Source: Azolla caroliniana (taxonomy: Eukaryota; Plantae; Polypodiophyta). Taken from it: a stretch of DNA of 64,000 nt. Made by a program: the position numbers and the translations under genes. The stretch is taken from NCBI GenBank assembly GCA_043228905.1, contig JBHGNT010000001.1, forward strand, positions 16,740,001 through 16,804,000. The letters run 5' to 3'. Every line of letters begins with the position of its first letter. Position 1 is the stretch's first letter. Shown here piece after piece: positions 1 through 9,249 of this stretch. Under the pieces are notes generated by a model, which had not been told where the DNA came from, searched no databases, and worked only from the letters and a program-made list of their open reading frames with translations.

Positions 1-974
1 GGAACGAGCGGCGGAGAGACTTCGGATGGCAAGGATGAGGAACAAAGCCCAGTTCGACCGAACACACCGGGCAACACGGAAGTTTGCAAAGCGGTGGTTC
101 GGGCCTTACGTGGTAACGAGCGCCAACGACAACGGGACGTATCACCTGGCGGAACTCGAGGGTACGAGGATGGCGATACCGGTAGCAGGGAAGCGGATCA
201 AAGTGTTCAAGAAGCGCCATGACGGCGAACCGGATCTAAGAGGCTTGGATAGCGACGACGAACAGTCCGAAACGGAGGACGAACCGATGGATGAGGAACC
301 GGAACCCAGACCGGTTTTCTCCAACCAGAACCTAATTTTGGCGCATACCGGTGGATGCGCGGTTAGGTGGGGGCGGATGTCGTGAAGAAAACCGTCCCTT
401 AGCGTAATCGGTGCATAGCGCGCGTGAACCGGCTCTTCACGTGTGCGCGCCCTTTAATGTGTATAATAGAGAATTAGGTACAAAGGTATATCCTAGGTAG
501 TTAGATTCGGGAGGTAGGAAGTTAAGGAGGGAATTTTGGGGAGGAGGACGAAGTGCTGTCGGACCGAAACCGAACGCTTCTCCTCTGTTCGTTCTCCATC
601 GCTCTTCTCTGCAGGTTTTCGGGAGGCTCGCGCTGCTTCGAGGAACGCCCGTGTGCTTCCGGCAACACCTCCATCCTATCCCCTTTCGTGCGCAGACGAG
701 CAGGCATGGACGTCTATTCGCCGGCCTGTTCGGTTGTAACCGCTCGCGTGCTGTGTTGTTTATTTGTCATTCGTTAATATACAAACATTCGTGTCTCTCT
801 GTCTCTGTGTCCATTCGTGTCTTCTGCGTTGACAGGGCCGTGTCCCTGTGTTTCTTTGCTCATACGTAACCGAGTGTCTCTCTCTTTCTCTTTCCCCTTC
901 TATCACCTGCTCTTCGGTTCAAGACCCCGGTGGTCCCGCCTCGTTTCTCCACGAATGCGCGTAGTAACGCGACA
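1..974 (+). mobile_element. Ty3/gypsy element A (Phygy-like), 3' end: integrase tail, PPT and 3' LTR
   Basis: ORF 26-385 is near-identical to the integrase C-terminus of element B (RWFGPYVV..NDNGTYHLAEL.GT). The G-rich PPT at ~361-377 is followed by TGTCGTGAAG at 378. Confidence 0.9.
378..974 (+). repeat. 3' LTR of gypsy A (TGTCGTG...CGCGACA); lacks the TATA-containing block seen in the element B LTRs
   Basis: Homologous to the reverse complement of 11258-11637 and 16331-16768; TG...CA termini. Confidence 0.9.
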
Positions 975-1990
975 CCGTTGGCTATGCATTATAAATGGAT
1001 GGTGGACATTGTAATGATTCTAATGGGGCGATGGTAGATGAGGTATCTTGTGCTTGCAAGAGAAGGGTCTAGGGTTTAGGGTTGAAGGGCGAGCATTGAG
1101 AACTAAAGAAACATCATCAATATGCAAATTTCTTCTTGAAGATGTTATTTGCATATATGGATGCGTCGGCAAGATAGTGGTTGATAGAGGCGAACTAGAT
1201 GCCAATGAAGCTAGAGAATTCTTCTCTAGGATGGGAATCAAACTATATCTTACCATTGCGTATAATCCGGAAGCAAATGGGAAGGTGGAACGTGGACATG
1301 GACCGATTGTGAAGGCTCTAGTGAAAGTTTGCCATGGGAAAATAGGAGAATGGCCACGTCTATTGCCATTTGCATTATGGGCTGACAGAACTACTCAAAG
1401 CACGGTGACGGGATACATGCTGACAGAGCTCATATTCGGACAAAAGCCGATAATGCCTATAGAACAAAGTATTATTTCATGGTTTACATTGCCATGGCAA
1501 GATGAGATAAGTAGAGAAGATCTTCTAGCATTGAGGATTCGACAGTTGGAGTAGAATTTGGAAGATATAGAGGTGGCTAAAGCGTGGCTAAACAATGCAA
1601 GGCTAAAGAACAAGAAAGACTTCGATAAACGACATCGACTTCGCCCGAGGAAAATCGTTGAAGGAGATTGGGTGCTAGTTTATGGCAGTAGCCTAGACAA
1701 CCAACATAGTACGGCTCGAAAATTTTCACTACGATGGTTTGGACCATATGTGGTGAAGAAAGTGGAAGAAAATGCAACATATCATTTAGTAGAATTGGAT
1801 GGTACACCACTTGCCTTGCCAATTGCCAGTAAAAGAGTCAAGATCTTCAATAGAAGAGATAGAATAGAAATTGGATTCGAAGCTTTTGACGATTTTGTCT
1901 TGGGCATCGATGAAAACATATAGTAAACAAAAGTGGAGCCTCACCAAAATTGGCACATACCAGTGGATGTGCAGGTTTGGTGGGGGCGAA

Positions 1991-3239
1991 TGTCATGTGA
2001 ATCGTTACACACTATGTAAAAAAATAATGAAACAATTATTTTAGATTAGATTAGTAGATTGTTATAGAAATATGGATGTACTCAAGAGCTTCAAAATGCA
2101 TTTTATTACATACAAAATAGACAACTACATATCAAGTTAGGTGGAGATGAAGCTTGATAAGATAGGGAAAATACAAATTTGAAGTATCCCACATAGATAG
2201 GAAACTTAAGGCCCTGGCTATATAAGCACATTGAGATCCCTCATTTTTATTTGTGCTAAGAACACTTTGGCCACTTTGTCTTGACAGATGATGGTGGCCA
2301 AGTTCCCAAAAACCGGAAACCGGCCGGTAAGCAAAACCGGGAACTGGACGGTAAGCAAAATTGGAAACGGTTGGTAAGCAATCTAGAATTGGAACTGGCC
2401 GGAAAACAATCCGGAATGGGCTAGTAAGCAAACTAGAACCGGCTGGTAAGCAATTCGGAACTAGACGGCAAGCAAACCGGAACCGGTCGGTAAGCAATCT
2501 AGAACCAGCAGGTAAGCAAATCGGAACTGGTCGGTAAGCAATCCGGAACCGGTCGGTAAGCAAATCAGAACCGGCGAAATCGGCAATCAGATGGTGTCAG
2601 AAACTGGGCGGATCCGACAACCAGCGACGATCGTGACGGACAGATGATAGGATCATGTGGCTAATTAAAGTGAAGTGAAGAAAACTAAAGTAAAGGTCTT
2701 GTGGACGGTCGCATGCAACTAAAAGAAAAAGCTATGCAACTAAAAATAGATGGAACTAAAAGAAAAAGCTATGCAACTAAAAGTAGAGGCCATGCAACAA
2801 AAAGTGGGAGGCATATGATCAATGGGGGGCTCTCCATATATTTTTTTATCTTATTTTATTTTCCTTTTGAGCTCCCTTATCTTATCAAAGCCAAGAACCC
2901 TAAATTTCCGGATGGAAGTCATAAACCCTAATTTCCCTACGGAAGCCATATCTCTCATAAACCCTAATTTTCCCTCCGGAAGCCATATAATTTTCCTATC
3001 GAATCCGTATCTTAGTTTCTTCTAATCTATTATTCTAGTAATCTCCATAAGCTAAAACTTTTGTAATCCCAATCTTGGGATTGATTGTAATCTTTCTTTT
3101 CCTTTGTTAATAAAATTTGTCAATTTTTCTTATTTTTCGGTTAATTCTTAGTACATAAACATACGAATCTGATATCCTCTGGTCGGAGGCCTCGGGGTCT
3201 TGCCTCAAGTTCACGTATCCTCATTGTATTTCTGTGACA
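1991..3239 (+). repeat. 3' LTR of gypsy A2 (~1.25 kb, TGTCA...TGACA)
   Basis: Starts directly after the PPT; inverted 5-bp termini; copia RT sequence resumes at 3240. Confidence 0.8.
2310..2575. repeat. Degenerate ~23-bp tandem repeat array (~AAACCGGAACCGGTCGGTAAGCA) inside the A2 LTR
   Basis: About 11 consecutive imperfect units ending in GGTAAGCAA. Confidence 0.85.
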
Positions 3240-5732
3240 ACGTATTCTTTTACATATACCCACTTGCAGCCAATCAGTTTGCAATGTCAGGGAGGGTCCA
3301 CTAGGTCCTAGGTGTTGTTGGCATCGAGTGCCCGCATCTCTTCCTTCATATCAGCATGCTAATGTGCATCCTTTATCGCTTTTGCGTAGCTCTCCAGCTC
3401 ACGTACTTCCACCACTTTCGTCATGTACCCATAGTGATGCACCATGTACTCATTACACCCATATCGTTTTACGGGGTTCTTCTAGTGGGTCGATCGGCGT
3501 AAGTTCTCATTAGCCGATCTCTAGGTCATCTTAGCCGAGTCAGACTTCGTTCCCGAAGGTCCGTCTTCATTATTACCGAAGTTGTATTCGCTCCAATCCA
3601 ACTCGTCTCTGTCGGTGTCATATTCCAACATCTTCTTCTTCCCTTTCTCCTTACGAATGAACCATCTCCTCGGTTCCTTGCACAGAGACAACATGGCTAA
3701 GTCTCCTACTCACCGGCTCTTCATCTGACTGGTCGTTCTGACTCAGTCGCTCGTTTGGCCCGCTCAATTGAAAGGAGATCAGACTCTCATCTAGAGTACC
3801 GAACTACTCTTCCTCTTCTGCCCGAATTATTTCGGGCTCACTCGCCTCATCTTCCGGAATCGAGTCGGAGTCGGTAAGGAGTACCAGGATGCTAATTCGT
3901 CAAATTCAACATATCCGCTTACTCGTACTTGCTTAGTCTAGGGGTTCTAGCACTTGTACTCCTTTTTCTCATGAGAGTAGTCGACCGATATGCACTTCTC
4001 CGACTTTGGGTCTAACTTTCTCCGCTTCTCATCCGGTACATGCACATAGGCTATGCTACCGAATACCTTAATGTGCCTTAAATTCAGCTTCCACCCGAAA
4101 TACAACTCGTGTGTTGACACCTTATCTCCGATCCGGTTTTGGATGTAGACCGCCTCAGACGAGTAGAACCTGGGCATGCTTTTCTCCTCCAGCATCGCCC
4201 ATGTTGCCTCCACAATCGACCGGTTCTTCCTCTCGGCTACGCCATTCTGTTCAAGCGTGTATCGACAACTAAATTCCCTCTGAATTCCTTTATGCTTCAA
4301 ATATTTGTTCACCTAGACGAAAAAATACTCTTTTCCGCCATCCAATCACACACACTTGATCTTTCTCTCTGTTTCCCGTTCGACAAGGCTTTGTAGGTTC
4401 TGGAAACAATCGAAGACTTCACTTTTCTTGTCAATGGGATAGATCCACGCGTGCCAGCTGTAGTCGTCGATCAAGGAGACGAAATATCTGTTCCCGCCAA
4501 GACTACCGTTCTGTGCCGGTTCCCATACATTTGAATGCATCAAGTCGAGCTTGTTACAACTCCAGTTAGTTTCAGTGGGAAATAGAAACCGGTGTTGCTT
4601 CTCGAGTTGGAAAACTTCAAAAATTTGGGCCTACCGACCACTAAATTTCGGAATCTGAAAACAACATGTTTCAATTGCAGGTCTTGAAGGCTTTGGTAGT
4701 TGACATGGCCGACCTATTTATGCCACAGATCGATATCCAACTTGACCTTCTGACCTTTTGCAAACAAAGCAGTGTCGACGTCATTGGTGTCCAGGATAAA
4801 ATCCTCCCGTTTCGGCACCCTTGTGAAATAATCTGGCCCTCTTCCTCGATGAAGCAGATGAGGTGCATAAACCGCACTTGCATACCCTCGTCGATGATCT
4901 GCCTGACTAACACCACGTTCTTTGTGATTTTTAGGACGTGAAGCATGTTCATAAGCTTCCCTCTTTATCTGACATGACTCAAAGGAACTTCACCGACATG
5001 TACGATCGAGTAGGGAGTTTCATATCCGGTTTCAACAACTCCCGATTGCTCCGGCTTTTCAAGATATGAGAACCACTCTTCGTGGCTCGTCATGTGGTTA
5101 GATGCTCCGGAATCAACATACCACACTTCCTTCGATCCAAAAGTGCTCTGCTTCATCGAGTTCCCCTTGTGTTTCATCACAAAGGCTGGCCTTTTTTCAA
5201 TCTTACTAGTTCCAGATCCTTTTGATCGTTCGGCGTAGTGCGAGCTTTGTTTGCTCCCTTGTGCGGTCTTGCTGGATCCAGGTTTATCTGAATCAGCACG
5301 CGTCTTCTAGCACTTGCACTCCTGGTGGCCTTTCATGCCACAATATCAGCATTTTGTATCCTCCTTCAATTGCCGGTTTTTGGCTCCGCGTTGACTCCCC
5401 CTGCTTCTGGAGGATCCGGAACTGTTGTTGGCACTATCTTCGTGCCTCTGATTTTGCTCTTACTCGCTACCACTAGTGCGTGCCAACCCACGTCCTCCAC
5501 GCCCATGAGGCCGATTCGCCTCCGTGTACAACATATGGTTGTCTGGTTGAGTGGTCCTCGACCTACTCCCATGATTTTCTTCGACCATTTGCATCGATTG
5601 TAAGTCGAAGAAGGACAATGGTTTCTCCAGGGTGCATATCGTTGTTCGGATTGGCCCGTACCGATGTGCTAGACCATCGAGGCAGATCTAGACCATCTCG
5701 TCTTCGTCCACCGTCACGTTGACTGAACTGAG
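3240..5732 (-). pseudogene. Ty1/copia element E (Ale-like): degenerate gag C-terminus, protease, integrase and start of RT
   Basis: WYVDSGASNHMT protease motif, EQNGVAERKNR integrase motif and RT start (MKEEMRAL..IGCKWVY); multiple stops and frameshifts; same family as 19217-21977 and 60502-64000. Confidence 0.9.
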
Positions 5733-6030
5733 TGTCACAAACAAGTATAATATAGCAGAGTGAAGACAAGACTAGAAACAAGAGAGAGGAAAACAAGAAC
5801 TCAACTTATAGAATCCGTAATTGGTGTTGTTCACCTTGATTGGAATCAAGGTGCACCTGAGTATTTATACAAGAAGGTAGGGCTATGTAAGCCAACTAGA
5901 AATAGAGTATGGATGAGGATGCATGCAATAGAGAATGCATGACAATGTGTGGAACCTAGAAATGAGGATGCATGCAAGCTAGGAACTTCCAATGTTCAAT
6001 CTACACTACATGAAGTTGGATTTATTTAGA
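5733..6030 (-). repeat. Partial LTR (probable 3' LTR) of a Tcn1/Tf1-type gypsy inserted in copia E gag
   Basis: Begins TGTCAC at 5733 and is homologous to 17915-18212; homology is lost beyond ~6030. Confidence 0.75.
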
Positions 6031-6117
6031 ATCTCCATTTCGGTATTTTTGAACGTATCAAAATTACATAAATTGAGTTTCCATTTTTTGGTATTCTACC
6101 GTCTCACTACAATGATG

Positions 6118-6536
6118 TGTTGTTTTCTGACCGGACAAGGCCTAACACAAGGTGTCACGGAGACACTTCACCAAAGGGTGATTACGGCATAGGATTATGA
6201 CTCAACGATTACACCGACTTAAGTAGGTTACACGATTAGAGCGCTTTTGTTAATTACACGCGTAAGATATAACAATAATTACAGAACGGAAATCAACACA
6301 GAAGTATAAACACCATACGCTCTATTAATTATCCGCTGCGATTACAATGGGGTCCAGGCCTTTAAATAGGTTTCCGGCCCGTAGTACAAAACGGTGCCTA
6401 TCGCACCTATTCGGGATCCGTCCGGATCTGGAACGGCATACCGTTTCCAGTCCGTCCGTCCACACTATGCTTATTTACAACCATACTTAATTAATTCCTT
6501 CACTCCGTATTTTGGACTCCTTGCCGGCCGGTAACA
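6118..6536 (-). repeat. 3' LTR of element C (TGTTACC...AACAACA, 419 bp)
   Basis: TG..CA termini; the U5 end resembles the element D LTR end (CACCCTTTGG.GAAGTGTC...GACAC..TGTGTT..GGC..GTCCGG.CAG..AACAACA); TATTTAAA motif on the minus strand. Confidence 0.85.
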
Positions 6537-6538
6537 CA

Positions 6539-6555
6539 TGGCACGCCCGTGGGAC
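6539..6555 (+). promoter_or_regulatory. Inverted PBS-like site (TGGCACGCCCGTGGGAC, complementary to the tRNA-Arg 3' end) at the PPT position of element C
   Basis: Lies 2 nt from the 3' LTR; no purine tract at this position; same 16-mer in element D. Confidence 0.75.
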
Positions 6556-6588
6556 AGTACCTTGTACGTCGAACCCTTCTCGGCCCCT

Positions 6589-9249
6589 TCATTGTTCACC
6601 CAAATTGTCCAAAATACTTTGTTCCAGAGTTTCCACTTGTTCTTCCGGTTGTGGTTGTTGCGGCTGGGCTTGCTGCTGCTGCTGTGGTTGCGGTTGGGAC
6701 TGAGACTGCTCCGGCTGCTCTATAGGCGGCTGCTCCATTTGTTTCTCTGACTCCGGCATCCCCGTTTGACTGCTTCCGGTCCGGTCTCCTTCCAGTAACG
6801 GTTCCTCATCACTGAGGTTGACCGTTATTGGTTCTCGTGCTTTCTCTTCCCGGATCCGGGACCTCTCGTAGCTTTCAAACTGGATCTCCGCCTCCAGCCT
6901 GTCGTCGTCCAGCTGAGCTACAAGTTGCCGGACTTGCCCTAGTTGGTCCTCTGCCAAGGCTTGAAAGTCTTCGGCCAGCTCATCTCTTATGCCGGTGAAG
7001 TCTTCGGAAGTCAGCATATAGCAATCATCTCCCTCCTTCCGCCGGTTCTCTACGTCGGCCCGGAGCAATTGGAGTTCCGCCGCGTTCGTGGCCCACTTGG
7101 TCCACCATTTGACGGAACCGTTGTCAATCAAGCTCTTGGTCTGGTTCAACCAGGCCCGCATGATATCCTGGATGCGACTTGCTCCCATTTGCGCTCTACT
7201 TTCCACAACTTGTCGTTCCTCCTTCAACTGCTTGATGAGATTAGCCGTATCCTCCGCCTGCTCTTTGTAGCGCGTCAGCTGCCCTTGATATGTTGTCTGC
7301 AGCCTTTGCAGTACCTCCGCCGCTCTTTCTTTTTCCGCCTGCTGTTGCCTGAGGAGCTCTGTCCGAACCTTCTCCGCCTCTTCCAACCGTCTTCTGGTTT
7401 CCGCTTGTTCATTAGCGTATGCCGTTGCGGTCCGATCAACTGCTTGCCGGAGCTCATCCGTCCGTTCCTTGTGCTCCGTTTGCAACCGTTTATACTCCCG
7501 GTGCAAGTGCTCAAATTCCTCCGTTTTTTGTTTGAGCTTGCCGTTGATCTGGCGATGGTTCCGGTCCTCCCGGTCCTTTAGCTGCCGGAGTTCCTCTTTC
7601 AGGCGCTCTACTTCTGTTTCGGCGTTTCTCCGGAGCCTGTCCTTCTCTTGCAGCATTTTCTCCTTTTCCTCCTTGAGCCGGTCGTACGCTTGGTGGCCTT
7701 TTCGTAAGCTCTCCTCGGCCCGGCGTAGATTGTCAGCAGTCTTTTTGAGTTCTGCCTCCGCTGCCGTCTTCAACTCTCTTTCGCGGCTCCTCAGCGCTTC
7801 TTGGGCAGCTAGCTCATCCTTTAAGTCCGCAAGCTCTTGGGCTTGTGCCGCATTTCTCTCCGGAACGGTTTCCGTTGCCGGGGTCTGATTGCTATGTACA
7901 GGTTGATCTGACGCTTTATTCTGTACATTGCCCGGAGTCACCGGTGCTTGGACTTGTGTTGTCAAAGCCAATTGAGCCATTTCCCTTGTGACCCTGTCCA
8001 AGTCTTGTTCAAGGCTCCGGATTCTGGACCGGGCCGTCTCTAGATCTACGGTTGTGACGAGCAACCGTTCGTGGTGCGCTCTCTCCTCCGCCTCTATGTA
8101 CTCGACCGCTCCGGCGATCTGCTCGCCTACCCACCGTAGCCACATGCTATTGGTGCCTTGCTGCTGTACTGGTCGGGTCGGCTCGTTCACTGTGGAATTG
8201 TCTGGCCTGAGTGCCTGTATCTGCCGTTCTGGTTCTACTCCTTGGCCGCTGTGTGTGCTGGCTGGGCTCGCCGGCTGTTGAGTTCCAGTTCTCGCCGTCT
8301 CCGGAGCCGTTGGAATGACTTCTTGTATCAAGGCCGGTTCTATACGCACCGGTTCCGGTTCCTCCCTTGTGGTTTGCTCAGGTTGAGTTGGGGGCGTTTC
8401 TTCCTTTTGCGGTTCCGAACGCTCCCCCGCTGTCCCGGCGGTCCTACTTCTTGACCGTCGTTGGAGGTGCTCTACTGGCTCCTCCGTTTCCTCTTCCTGG
8501 GTAGCGGCATGTATCTGTGCCGTCAAGGGTTCCGGTTCCTTCTGTCCCGATCGCCGTATGGTTATCTTAACGGGTCGGACCGGTGACACCTCCTCCGGTT
8601 CTGGGAGCTGTTTCTTCCCTTTCGTCGCCTTCGACGCCAGCAGCTGCTGTCGTTTGGACGCGGGCTTCGAGGTGCTTCCTTCCGATAATCTTGGCCGCTT
8701 CTTTGGCTGAACGGTCTCGACCGGCGGCACGAGCAATGTTATCCACTGCGCTACGGCATGCCACAGCTTCCGGCCCTCCTTGCCGTCCTTTCCTCGTACC
8801 GTGTCGATTGCCGCGCACAAACCGTCTGCAATCAACACCGGCCAATCCACCTTGATCCCTTCATAGGTGGCTATGATCATCCCTGCCCGATTTTTTGGCA
8901 TGACAGGGGGTCGGGGGTACACGTGGCCGTACTCATGGAGCACTCGAGCTATCTCCCTGAATAGCGGATCTTCGCCGCCCTGCGTTCGATAGCCTTTGCC
9001 GGCTACAGAGTACTCACCGAAATATCGGATGAGTTGCTCCGAGGTTGGGTTATCGATCTGAAAAATACCTCCCTCCGGAAGGCCTGTTAGCGCACGGATC
9101 GCTTCCTCGGTGATGACTTCTTTGTCGAGCTCCTTGATGACCTGGTCGGCTTCTTTGTGCGGTGGTGCCTCCATGATGGTCAAGAACCCATCCAGTCCGT
9201 GTTGCCTGAGCCATTTCCTGGTCGCTTCCGACAGCGTTTGTGGTTCCAT
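6589..9249 (-). CDS. Extra ORF (eORF) of gypsy C, ~886 aa from ATG 9249 (frame open from 9549): globular N-terminal domain, basic NLS-like linker, long coiled coil and acidic/Gln tail
   Basis: Uninterrupted ORF between pol and the 3' LTR in sense orientation; homologous to 47190-49451 (e.g. YFGEYS...K.YRTQGGE..LF.E.A; ELQ.LRAD.ENRRK.GD..Y; T.EQS.LD.L). Confidence 0.85.
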   Translation of the reverse strand: MEPQTLSEATRKWLRQHGLDGFLTIMEAPPHKEADQVIKELDKEVITEEAIRALTGLPEGGIFQIDNPTSEQLIRYFGEYSVAGKGYRTQGGEDPLFREIARVLHEYGHVYPRPPVMPKNRAGMIIATYEGIKVDWPVLIADGLCAAIDTVRGKDGKEGRKLWHAVAQWITLLVPPVETVQPKKRPRLSEGSTSKPASKRQQLLASKATKGKKQLPEPEEVSPVRPVKITIRRSGQKEPEPLTAQIHAATQEEETEEPVEHLQRRSRSRTAGTAGERSEPQKEETPPTQPEQTTREEPEPVRIEPALIQEVIPTAPETARTGTQQPASPASTHSGQGVEPERQIQALRPDNSTVNEPTRPVQQQGTNSMWLRWVGEQIAGAVEYIEAEERAHHERLLVTTVDLETARSRIRSLEQDLDRVTREMAQLALTTQVQAPVTPGNVQNKASDQPVHSNQTPATETVPERNAAQAQELADLKDELAAQEALRSRERELKTAAEAELKKTADNLRRAEESLRKGHQAYDRLKEEKEKMLQEKDRLRRNAETEVERLKEELRQLKDREDRNHRQINGKLKQKTEEFEHLHREYKRLQTEHKERTDELRQAVDRTATAYANEQAETRRRLEEAEKVRTELLRQQQAEKERAAEVLQRLQTTYQGQLTRYKEQAEDTANLIKQLKEERQVVESRAQMGASRIQDIMRAWLNQTKSLIDNGSVKWWTKWATNAAELQLLRADVENRRKEGDDCYMLTSEDFTGIRDELAEDFQALAEDQLGQVRQLVAQLDDDRLEAEIQFESYERSRIREEKAREPITVNLSDEEPLLEGDRTGSSQTGMPESEKQMEQPPIEQPEQSQSQPQPQQQQQAQPQQPQPEEQVETLEQSILDNLGEQ

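Larger units (their letters stand above)
975..3239 (+). mobile_element. Older Phygy-like gypsy A2: degenerate integrase (1048-1923), PPT and 3' LTR
   Basis: Integrase motifs IVVDRGE, AYNPEANGKVERGH and RWFGPY with an internal stop; PPT GGTTTGGTGGGGGCGAA at ~1974-1990. Confidence 0.85.

Noticed and set aside
2310-2575. Regularly spaced repeats resembling a CRISPR array
   Set aside because: The units are contiguous degenerate tandem repeats without unique spacers, lie inside an LTR, have no cas genes nearby, and the context is eukaryotic.
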